NCBI GenBank assembly: GCA_040954595.2
Contig: CM082598.2
Location: 5,719,097-5,783,096, forward strand
Direction: 5' to 3'
DNA length: 64,000 nt
Origin: Balanoglossus misakiensis
Taxonomy: Eukaryota; Animalia; Hemichordata
The notes below the pieces were generated by a model, which saw nothing but the letters and a program-made list of their open reading frames with translations, ran no database searches and was not told where the DNA came from. Position numbers and translations under genes: made by a program. Shown piece by piece: positions 11,754 through 23,200 of this stretch (its first letter is position 1; every line of letters begins with the position of its first letter).

Positions 11754-13763
11754 AACAGTTTATAACTTTTTTTCAATTAATATTATTGACTGACAACTAG
11801 TAGTTTATTTGTCATGAATGCCAGAATATATTTTTGTTTGACGTTTTGGGGGAAAGTTTAGAAATTTACAAACCTGGTAGTATTAACCCATTCATCAATA
11901 TGGTTCAGTCCAAATCCGTTGTTTTCTGCTTGGAGGTTGGACCTGCAAAGAAGGAACTGGGGGTCAAAGGGTGATATATATCATCTTAGTTTGAGTGAGC
12001 ATGTTCTTGTAAATTTCGAGTTTGGATTACAAAGTCTTTCACTCTGAATATTACTACAGTACTGTAACATTCATCAGCATTCCAAGACAACAATAATGAA
12101 ATTGTATGTATTTTTGTACTTTGCTGTATATGTAAACATCCACACATTCTGTTGTGTATTGAAGTCCATAAAGGCATTGTTCACATAAAATATACACATT
12201 CTCAGATGTCATTTTTCATGTTACATTAGGGACGGTCCCTTAAGAACAAATTTTAGGTCCTGTACACCAAATTAAAAAGCTTGACTCATACTGATTGAAA
12301 TCTAACACAAATCTCACTTAAAGAGATAACACACGAATTATCTGATTAAAAAAGTTTATTGCAAATGGAAGATGGAAGAAACTGCAACTGGGTAATTTAA
12401 ATTCAAGTGTGGGTTTTATTAAAGTGTCTCATATGACACAGTTGTGAACGATAAAAGTTGGTGAAAATTTTAACTGCTACAATGCACATCATTGAAAAAT
12501 TTCCTGGTACATTTATTACTGCAATTTATTCTTCTTTCAGACAAAAAAAAGTTCACCAACTTTTGTCAATGCAAACATGAACTGCAATGGTTCCAATAAG
12601 AACGCCCTCAAGCAGTAAAAAATGTTTGACTTGTAACTAAGGGACCGTGTGTACTCGAGGCCTGCCGGAAGTCAAATGAACGCTTAGTCATGTTGGAACT
12701 CCCGTGATGCTTTGCGCGTGACACACACCACCTTCTTTCATTGTATAGAACATGTTTTTTTTTAATTGAATAACTCTTAAGTAGGCTGGTTATATTCATG
12801 AAATGGTTTCACTTAAAAAAGAGAGATGGATGCAATGCACTCTGTTTCCCGACCGTGTGTGGAAGGGACTGTGACCGGACTCATCACAAAAATGTCAACA
12901 GTCGACTACCTATGGGCTTCATTATGTGTAGGGAATGCGTAGGCCCATAACCCGACGCTACCCGAAACCACAAGCTCAGTCCCAAATTCGAAACTCACCT
13001 CACTACCAAAAACACGCTCAAGGCAAGTATGCACGCAAAAAGTATTGCAATTAATTTATTAAGACAAAAAACCACAGAAAACACAAAAAGTATTGAGATT
13101 TAAAAATCGCCAAGCGACTAGTGGGCTAGTCTACTAATACCTGTACACTCTGCAATTGCAGAATTTTTACAAAAAGAAAGAAATAATAATCGAACTGACT
13201 TTGTTATATAACGCTTTGTGTAAATTGGTACTATGGAGTAGAGTTGATATGTCGAATTGATGCAGAATCTAACGGGAAATGGGATGGGAGTACCTCAGGC
13301 TACCATGACTACAGTAGGCCTAAAACACTTTATTTTCGCGAGTTGAAATTTGCGCGATATCGAGAGAGGCAACTGTTTTAATTCGCGAGTTTTATTATTC
13401 GCGTTTTCGTATTTCATTCACTGCATCGTTATCTTCAAAAAAATACGCAACTTTTTCATTTCATGCTTTTTTGGCTCTCGCGTATTTCGCGAAAATTTAA
13501 TGTGTTTTACAGCATATACAGAGGAGTGGATTTCCATAGATTTCAGCTCCTTAACAGGGGGTTCCAACACATTTCAGTTCGTTCTACAGTAAAGGAGTTC
13601 GTCCCAGAGTGGGGTCCAGCCTGGACTACAGGCCTTGTCCAGTATATCCACGGCCGATCCTTTTTGAAATAAAGTCATATCATTGGCTTTAAAATCTACT
13701 CTACCCGTGTTTCTGTCTCTTCATCAACCGACATCCCAACCAGACTCTACGCATGTGTCCCAC

Positions 13764-13848
13764 TAGCTCTGCGTACAGGTCTGTGTGTTCCCGGCGTTAC
13801 ACGGCCTCCATGTAACGCCGGGAACACACAGACCTGTACGCAGAGCTA
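13764..13848. mobile_element. 85-bp perfect-hairpin MITE with 9-bp TSD, unit 1 only
   Basis: 38-bp perfect inverted arms, 9-nt loop; gtgtcccac duplicated at 13755-13763 and 13849-13857; single gtgtcccac at the empty site ~37223. Confidence 0.9.
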
Positions 13849-15839
13849 GTGTCCCACCAATTATTGGGAGACATGATGCTGGCGTGAAATGTGAGGAATA
13901 GGCCTACATGAGAAGAGGCCAATCAGGAGTCGGCCAATAGGAGTAATCGGACAGTTCTTGAACTTCTGTATGCATTGTTACTGAGGAAATACTTGCCATT
14001 TGGGGACAATTTTCTCCCCAAAATCGGCATGATCGGTACATAATGTTACACACACACTGTGTGCGTGCACTCATCCGAGCTAACTCGGTGTGAAAAATTG
14101 TTGATTCTTCAGTAGATATTTTTTCATTATCTACGGTATAATAAATTGCTATCAAATACAAGTTTTAAATATTTCCGTACAAAATTCATGTTTCCGAATA
14201 AAACTTTTGCAGAGTTCGTCTATTAAAATGTGAAAAGACGTTTTACTTTTACAGTTTTACTTCCCAGTACTAGTCTGTTCCCCCTGTCAATTTCTACTGA
14301 TGTTTCAATGCGCTGATGCGATTTACTGTGGAGACAAAACGTGAAAAAATCGGTGTGAAAAATGGAATTCGACATTTCCATCTTTTGTGGGGTCGGCAGT
14401 ATAATCTAATCAAGGCCACACCCGTTTACTGTTTGCTGTGACATAAATTCAACACACGGCGTGCCCAGTACATTTCACAAGTTTTTTTTCCAATTAGAGA
14501 GCCTCGTCCGTGACAACACGCGCACGCGTGTTTATGTTGACAAGACACGTACTACTAGTATTTCCTTGTATACAGCTTTGCCATGGAAACCGACAGATTC
14601 TGTCACATTGAACAATGCTGTCAGTATTTTTAACCTGAACAAGAACGACGGTTTCTTGTTCTACTCTTATAGCTTTACGAAATGTTCAGTCTTTTACCTT
14701 TTCAACAAAGCCTGTATATGAGCTGCAAATTAAAAGTATTTTGCTTGTCAACAAAAAACATGTATACCTGTAAAGGCAGTTGTTTTGTCTGACATTTCTG
14801 ATTTTAATCCGGACTGGAATCCAATAGTTAAAGGCATGTAACATTGACTGTATTTCGATATATATATATTTGGTTTACATAAACACGTTTTCTATCTTGA
14901 AACATTTCTTTTCACAGTAAGGCTATCGATTGTATGCAAAATCAGAATTGTCAATGAAGGTTGTTTGTGTGTGATTGTTTTTATGGCAATAAAGACTACT
15001 TTAGTGATTGTACGTTTGAAGGCTGTATACGTTTTATAGTGTGGTTGAATAGTAGTAGTAATAGCTAAATTCGGAGCCCCTGCCACAAGATGTTTGAGAT
15101 TTCGGTCTCAGCGAGCATCAATCGATGGAACTTTGGATATCATAAAGGATAAAATTGCGAGGTGGATAAAACGGGGAAAACAGTTTGCTTATTACTTTAG
15201 GCTACTGCTTTGAGTACTGGACCTATACTCTTGATGTGACTTTTACGCTTTGATGGTCCAGATTTACTCTTTTGACTTTAAGCTCTGGAACTGCCCCGCA
15301 TGTATTGAATTTGTGTACTCTTCCAGAACAAAACTGTGGCCTTAGGCCTACGTCTTGGCAATTTATTGGTAGGCCTACATGTTTTGATTCTAGAACAGTT
15401 CACCATTATATACGCATTGAAGTTGTGCACTCTAAGTCATCCTGGAACAATAAAATTGAATTTTGTCTGGTACAAAAGAGTGTTGTTGTATTGTTGAATG
15501 GTGTATGATGTCATAACAATAAATCACCAAGATGTTAGGTCACTCAGAGGTCACTGTACAGGTATACCGCAGAAAATGACCGCAGACATTACTGACTTCA
15601 CCGCTGGCGGCGCCCTAAAACATCCATTTCAAGCGATTTTGTGCTATTTTCGTTTCGCCACATTAGAACTTCTTCCATTTTCTTCAGAACTATGATCAAC
15701 GAAAAACTAACGAGACTGAGCTGTAAGAGCAAATATGGTGTCCTATATTATTTTCTCATATGACCACAGAAGAATGCACGTGAGCTATCAATGTCGTCCG
15801 ATGACACTTTGTAGTTCCTATCCATGTACTACAAATCGC

Positions 15840-18610
15840 GCCATTGGCTAACATTCGCGCGTGTTGATCAAGAAATGTTTATTATCCAATCAACGCTTGT
15901 GTTACATAACACTTCCGGATTAGCAGTGTGGGATGGATTTTGGAAGGATAGAAATCAGCCAGGATGTGTCTATCCTACATTTTCGTAGTTTTTGATAAAA
16001 AAATCAGCACAATACACCCGTGCGCTGGATAACACTTAACACCAGGAATTATTTGTGTGCCTTTATTGACATTTTTGGGACTTGGACTTGTGACACGCCA
16101 GACCACACTTGGATTTGTTGGATGGAGAAGATTCGCTGGATTTCTACAACTAAAAGAACCTAGAACAGAAAGCAGGTAAGATTCTCTGGACTGGCTGGGA
16201 CAACTGGCCTTTTACCTGCGCTGTAATTGCACGTGCGCCCACCAAAACTTTCTAAAACTTGGAAGTTAATGTAGAGTAAGATTCTGACGTGAAACTGTCG
16301 TCGGTAATCTTGCCGGATCTGGTTCTCTTAGTGGACACGACTATACCCCATGGCAACGATACCATGGCAATGAGGGTGAGTTAGGGTTAGGAGGGTTAGG
16401 GGTGGCAATGTGAGGGTGAGTTTATCCCATACCCTAACCCTCCTAACCCTAACCCTAAAAAACCATGGTATCGCCATGGGGTATAGTCGTGTCCACTAAG
16501 TGAACCAGATCCATCTTGCCAAGTATAAGTCAAACGACTGTGCATTTTTGTCTCATCGCTCACGTGACCACTACAACACGTCTAGAAAACTGAGCTTGCA
16601 ATCGACTTAAAAAGGAAATACAAAATCCCTGTAAGGTGTAATTATAGTGTGTTGTCTAATGTACTAGAATGTTGTTCAAATAAAACTGAAGACGTGTTGC
16701 GTTCACTGTTAAAACTGACAGAGAAACGTGCGTCTGTTTGTCGCAAAAGTTTACTCAAAATTTGCATGAAATATACAAACAAGAAAACAAACCTGCGTGG
16801 TGGGCGCGGGCCTAGCCTAGCAACGCGTTTTCAAACGGCGATTTCGCTGCATTAAAATATCAAAACTTACCGAAATGTAGCGGAAAGGGCTTGATATATA
16901 TGTATTCTAAGATACGGTGCGTGAAAATTTTAAGTTTAGAAAGCCAAACTTCGCGTAACGGCAAGTTTTCGGTGGCAAATGATTGTACTGGTCAATTTCC
17001 TAAACGGTGAAGTCAATCTCAAAGTCAACGAATGTGTAGTGACGGTTTTCGCATTGGACGTATGAACCCGGAGTGACGATTTCAATCCACCGGATGCTTG
17101 AAAGTGTTTTTTACGAGAACAGCTGTTGTTTCCATCTAATCTTCTTTCCACTTGATTAATGATTTTAAGAGAGGATGAGGGCGATCTTTGTACTTATAAT
17201 ATAAGGGTGTTTTAGCAGTGTTGGCCACAGATGCTTTCATTATAAATTGTATACTTGGATCAACAGTCAATGTTATCAGGGTTACCTAGACATTTTGCCA
17301 GATTTCTCCTTGATATAGCAATGCATTTCTAATAGATGTATAGCAGAAATTAATGTTCCTAAATTATAGTGTTCCCAAACTAAGCAAAAACATTGAAATT
17401 ATATTTCAGAGGCCGGCAACTGCATGGTAAACTGTAGTGATAGTAATAAATCCTTTAACAAATGAAAGAGACATGCAGCAACGATTGCAAGCAACAAGAC
17501 ATGCTCTCTCAAGACAAGACTGGCACACTTTCCCTAAAAGGTAAAAACGAACTTTTTTTTGTTATCCTTTGATCTCACTACAACAAGATTACAGTAAGGG
17601 AATTCAAAACATACTTTGGAATACATAGTTTTTTATATTAAGATTTATCATTAATAAGGTTAAGTGAATGACATTGTTTTGGATGTCTATGTGCACCTGT
17701 ATTCATGTCCCCGCCCAATATATTTGGCCACAAAGTGGCCACATGAGGGCAGTATTCACTCCAAGATTTACTGTACACTGTTTTCTTTGACCACTAGTAA
17801 CTGTTAGTTGTGCACCATACTTCTGTAAATCCACACTGTTAATTCATTCATATGAATAAAGAATAATGCATGAATTTTGCCAGAGAAGAATATTGTGATA
17901 CACAGTCACTATGAGTCATTGTAGGCCACACTGACAATTGAACAACTGTGGAAATTAATTGCTCTACCAAACACAGTTATCGCAAGCCATTTTCGATGAT
18001 TCTAGGCCACATTGGCAAGCTACCAGTAATGACTATTAAAATTATTGTCAACTGTGATTTCAATAAATATTTCTTTTGTTCACAGGGTTGAGATGCTATC
18101 TGGAGGAGTTTTTGCTTCAGTAAACTCCAGCAAAGTTGACTTATGGTGTTGTGAAGTTACCCTTGGATTTACACCACTTCTCAGTGATGCCACTGTCTGA
18201 TTCTGCATGTTTTGAAAATCTGGCTGATGAACCAGAACTTAAAGCTGTCCTGATCTGTTTAGTGTGTGAAGATCTGGAATGGAGTCTGGTTGTCTACAGG
18301 ACATATATGAAAGTAAGTCCAAGCTATTTACTGTAGATGAGTTTAATTTGTAAGTTCCTCAGATGCAAAATGGAAATGAGTTCCATGAACGCAGTCTCTG
18401 TGTGACATCATCCTACATTTGACAAGTAGATGCAGATTGTTGGGGGTTTTTTAGTGTATAGAACAGCTATGCAGTATTTCCTAATATCAGTTACTTATTG
18501 ACTTTTTTAACAGATCCAGTCTTCAATATCACATGATCAGGCAGACAACGCCATAAGGAACCAAGCAAGCAAGCAAGCAACAACTGGACTCAAGACCTGT
18601 GCAAAGAGAC
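15840..18610 (+). promoter_or_regulatory. Putative promoter and non-coding 5' exons of ROCO copy 2
   Basis: ATTGG/CCAAT and ACTTCCGG motifs at ~15843-15918; candidate exons ..-16175, 17410-17540, 18086-18312, 18514-18610 with good splice sites; non-triplet indels between units argue against coding. Confidence 0.4.
16315..16512. mobile_element. 198-bp MITE with 8-bp TSD, GG termini (Merlin-like) and internal telomere-like repeats, unit 1 only
   Basis: atcttgcc at 16307-16314 and 16513-16520; TIR ggatctggttc.cttagtggacacgactataccccatggc; TTAGGG and CCCTAA tracts; absent at ~42302. Confidence 0.85.
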
Positions 18611-19442
18611 GTGAGTGAGTGAGTGAGTGCTCATATATTATAAGGTGAGTCAGTCAGCCTTGTCAACTAATGAGTTGATCACTGAGTGAGGTAAAAAATG
18701 CAAATAAGTATGACATCGAATTCTCTACATCAGATACATAACTTGTGAAACGTACGTCACAGAAGTTGTTCGTCATGACTAGTCTATTGACCAGAATGTG
18801 TAACTGTGTCCTGGATGTTTGTGTCAAACTTACTGTTATTCACAAATGGTTTTTGGGAATAATGTTTGGGATGTACATTGTTTTTCCTTAGAGCAAACTA
18901 AAACTGCCTACATTTGTATATGACATGTTCCACTTGAAGTGGCGGTACCTGATCAACCGTACCTTGTTGCCTCTTGGTACCAAACAAATAAAAACCAAGC
19001 AACAAAAAACTTCAAATTAAGTTTAAGCTCCCTCGTACCTTAGTGTAGCTTTGCATGTACCAGCTAGCTGCAGTTACTATTAGCAACAATGTTGTTTTGC
19101 AATATGACTTCAGTTAAGCATGATTTATTAACTTTAAGTTTGTTGAAGTAGGTAGTGGGTGCACATTAATCAATGATGCGTGGCCGCTTTGGTCCAAAAC
19201 AAACATGGTCACCCCATTTGCGTGCAAATTATCAAGAGACAATGGCATGCTTGGTCTGGGTATTGTCACCCCTTGGTACATTACACAGATAAAAAACAAG
19301 ATACATGTAATTTCAAACTTTAATGCTCCCTTCTATCTCAGTGTAACTTTGTGCCAATATTGGAAACAATGTTGTTTGCAATGTCTTATCAGTTATTGAG
19401 TTAAGATAGATGACTACTCAAAAGTTAGAATATTAGACAGGT

Positions 19443-19933
19443 TCGGCTACATGTTTAACGTGAACATGAACGCGTAGAACCCACCTTCGCGTTTAATAGA
19501 CGTTCAGGTGGAAAAGAGTTTGGCTTCACGTCAACGTCTGTGTGGCACACACACTGAGCTGGATTGGAATTCTGAGCATGTACATCGTTACACCGCGTCG
19601 CTGCACTGCAACTATGGTTTCAACCGTCGGGCGACCATAAAAATTGATGACCAAATTTCACATAAAATGACTAAACAGAAATAAATGCGTTTTCGTTTGT
19701 CACGATGAGATATCAAGCTAACAAGGCATACACATATTTCGTAGATAATATGATTTTTTGTTGCCGAAAAACGAGAATAAATTTTCACTTTTTCAACTAA
19801 CGTGAAAACACCTATCTCCACGTAAAAAACGCAAAGTCTTTTACGTGAATGTCAAACTTTTCACAAAACTTGATGACGTCATAACAGAAATTTGTGACGT
19901 TGCGTGTTCACGTTCGCGTAAAACGTGTAGCCG
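19443..19933. mobile_element. ~490-bp TIR element, unclassified, unit 1 only
   Basis: tcggctacatgtttaacgtgaacatgaac vs gttcacgttcgcgtaaacgtgtagccga; absent at ~45605; no clear TSD. Confidence 0.65.
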
Positions 19934-20225
19934 ATTAACTTCTCTTTTGTCAGGTCACCACCCTCCTGTAGCTGATCAATGTAAAATTTGAATGTCATGG
20001 GTTATTCAACAGGGGGTGAGCGATCGCCATCACCTTGACTGTCCCTTGCTGATTGCATTTTGCGAGTCTTTAATAGAAAGTTGTCTGTTTGGTCTTGTGT
20101 TTGAAGTTTTTGAGACAGAGTCCTTAGATGGATTAACATTACATTGATGATCACAATCAGTGACATAAGATAAAGTTGGTGGGTTTTACAGCTTTTGGTG
20201 TGTTTTGGTGTGTTTCAGCTGCATG

Positions 20226-23200
20226 ATGGGCAATTTTTGTTGTAAGAAAACCAGGGCTTCTCAGAAATATGAAGACCTATGGGTAAGTGACCTTGTTGAA
20301 CTGAAGTTGCTGCTGTAGTGAAAATATAGTGAGTCTGTCTGTGAGAGGAAAATGTTAACATTAATTGTCATGGCATTAACAAGATTATGTATGACAATGA
20401 ACTAATTGTGAAATGTACATGTACATCACAGTATTAGTTTATAGCTACAATGATTGTAGCGGGTGCTGCTAGATTGACTGGTGTGTTTGCAGCCCTACTG
20501 CGCTACAAGGCCCTATGGGTAAATGCCCAATCAACTTTCTGCAGTGGATCTGTTGTCAACTCAGTTACAGGGTTGAACACTGACACCTGGTAAACTTTGA
20601 AAACGGCAAGGTTGAATCCCCCAAATAAACACCTCTGACACCCAAATTTTCCTGATTTTATTAAAATGCTGATAAATCCACTGAAGTTCAAACTTTATTT
20701 GAGCATATCCGCTACAATCATTGCAGCTATTGTTCTTCATGACCACAAGTTTATCGACGTACAAAACCCAAACCTTTGTGGAATGTTGTTGTTCTAATGG
20801 CATTTAAGTGGTTACCAGGGTTTTAAGCTTTTGGTGTGTTTTGGGGATATTTCAGGTACACCTATTAGAGAGTGAATCTGATGAGGAAACAACGGCTTTG
20901 CAGGAATATAAAGACCCAGAGGTTAGTGACCGTTGAACTGAAGTTATGGGCAGCTAGCTTGCGCTAGAGGAAATATTGTCTGTCTGATTGAGAGGAAACA
21001 CACAAGTACGTGTTTCAGAATAATGTCTTTCAGTATGCTGAGATTATTTATCATTCCTTTGCATTCTGTTTGTGAAGACTAATCATGGCCAAATGTTTAC
21101 CCATTGTATGATGTCATCTTTTTTTATCCACAGTGATATCACAGTTTAATTTTTTTGATTCACTTATTCATCAATGAAGATCTCAATGTTTTCGTATAAT
21201 ATAACTGCTGTTTATGATTTCATATTGAGAATATTTTGATAAAACAAGTGTTGCCTGTTGATTGTTACAGCTTCTCATCAATGCCGCAAGGGATGGTGAC
21301 ATTGCAGAGATTCAGTCGCTGATAGCTCATGGATATGATGTCAATGCAAGGGGGAGATTATACGTGGACGATGACCTGATTGCCGTAAGTGTTTATATTT
21401 GCCTTTTGTACCACAATAACATAAATAAATGGTGTCTTGTATCAAACATAATTAATGGAAAAAGGGCGTCGAGGGAGAGACTTTGTCCCTTTAACTGCAT
21501 ATCTATGACTGCAGCTCACTGTAATGAATTCCTAGAGGTTTATAGTTAAATGTCAAGTGCTTGACACATATGCAAATTTTTAGTATCAGATTTGTGATGT
21601 CATTTTTATTCTTCGTTCCAGGATTACACAGCATTGCATGCAGCGTCCTGGAGAGGTGGATTGGATACTATGAGTGTGTTGATTTCCCATGGTTCAGATG
21701 TCAATGCTAAGACTAGGGTACATGAACTAACAAGTTATTACTTCATTATGGACAAAAAAAATGGCTTCATGTGTATTTATGTCTTTATGACCACTGTGAT
21801 CTCTGGATAATTCTTTTATTGACATCATATGAACATTACAAAACATTAATTTTGTTTTTTAGCTGAATAATCATTTTTGTTGGAATACCTTCATTGTGTC
21901 TAACTTCTACTGGTTTATGCTAATCAACATTTATTTGTTTGTTCAAGAAAACTTCACATTTCATTTGAATTTTTGTGACATTGTTCTCATGCTCCTCCTT
22001 CATGACTTACAGGATGGAAACACACCTTTGCACTATGCAACAGCAAGGTATGGTGATGAAGGCCGTGTCAGATTGTTGTTGGAACACAAAGCTGATGCTA
22101 ACATACAAAACAAGGTAAACACCAACCTGACTTCTACAGGTTAATTCTAATCAACACACAAACATTTGTTTGTGTGTTTGTTTGTTTAATTAAGGAAACC
22201 TCACATTACATTTGAATTTTTGTGACATTGTTCTCATTCTCCTCCTTCATGACTTACAGGATGGAAACACACCTTTGCACTTTGCAGCAAGGAATGGTGA
22301 TGAAGGCCGTGTCAGATTGTTGTTGGAACACAAAGCTGATGCTAACATACAAAACAAGGTAAATACCCACCTGACTTCTACAGGTTTATTCTAATCAACA
22401 TACAAACATTTGTTTGTTTTTTGGTTATTTGTATGTTTAAGGAGACCTCACATTACATTTGAATTTTTGTGACATTGTTCTCATTCTCCTCCATTACTTA
22501 CAGAATGGAAACACACCTTTGCACTTTGCAGCAGCAAGGTATGGTGATGAAGGCCATGTCAGATTGTTATTGGAACACAAAGCTGATGCTAATATACAAA
22601 ACAAGGTAAATACCAACATGACTTCTACAGGTTAATTCTAATCAACACACAAACATTTGTTTTTGTGTTTGTTTGTTTAATTAAGGAAACCTCACATTAC
22701 ATTTGAATTTTTGTGACATTGTTCTCATTCTCCTCCATTACTTACAGGATGGAAACACACCTTTGCACTTTGCAGCAAGAGGGTATGGTGATGAAGGCCG
22801 TGTCAAATTGTTATTGGAACACAAAGCTGATGCTAACATACAAAACAAGGTAAATACCAACATGACTTCAACAGGTTTATTCTAATCAACATACAAACAT
22901 TTGTTTGTTTGTTTTGTTTACTTATTTAAGGAGACCTCACAGTACATTTCAATTTTTGTGACATTGTTCTCATGCTCCTCCTTCATTACTTACAGGATGG
23001 AAACACACCTTTGCACTTTGCAGCAAGGGATGGTGATGAAGGCCGTGTCAGATTGTTATCGGAACACAAAGCTGATGCTAACATACAAAACAAGGTAAAT
23101 ACCAACCTGACTTCAACAGGTTTATTCTAATCAACATACAAACATTTGTTTGTTTGTTTTGATTACTTATTTAAGGAGACCTCACAGTACATTTCAATTG

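Larger units (their letters stand above)
1..21078. repeat. Segmental tandem duplication, unit 1 (phase set arbitrarily at window start)
   Basis: ctaatcatggcc... at 1 recurs at 21079 and 48551; exons, introns and intergenic DNA are colinear and highly similar between units. Confidence 0.95.

Noticed and set aside
16381-16458. Telomere or chromosome fusion site
   Set aside because: The few TTAGGG/CCCTAA units lie inside a TSD-flanked MITE that is absent from the paralogous site
11800-20200. Assorted 60-90 aa ORFs repeated between units
   Set aside because: Recurrence reflects recent duplication; no recognisable domains, and non-triplet indels occur between units
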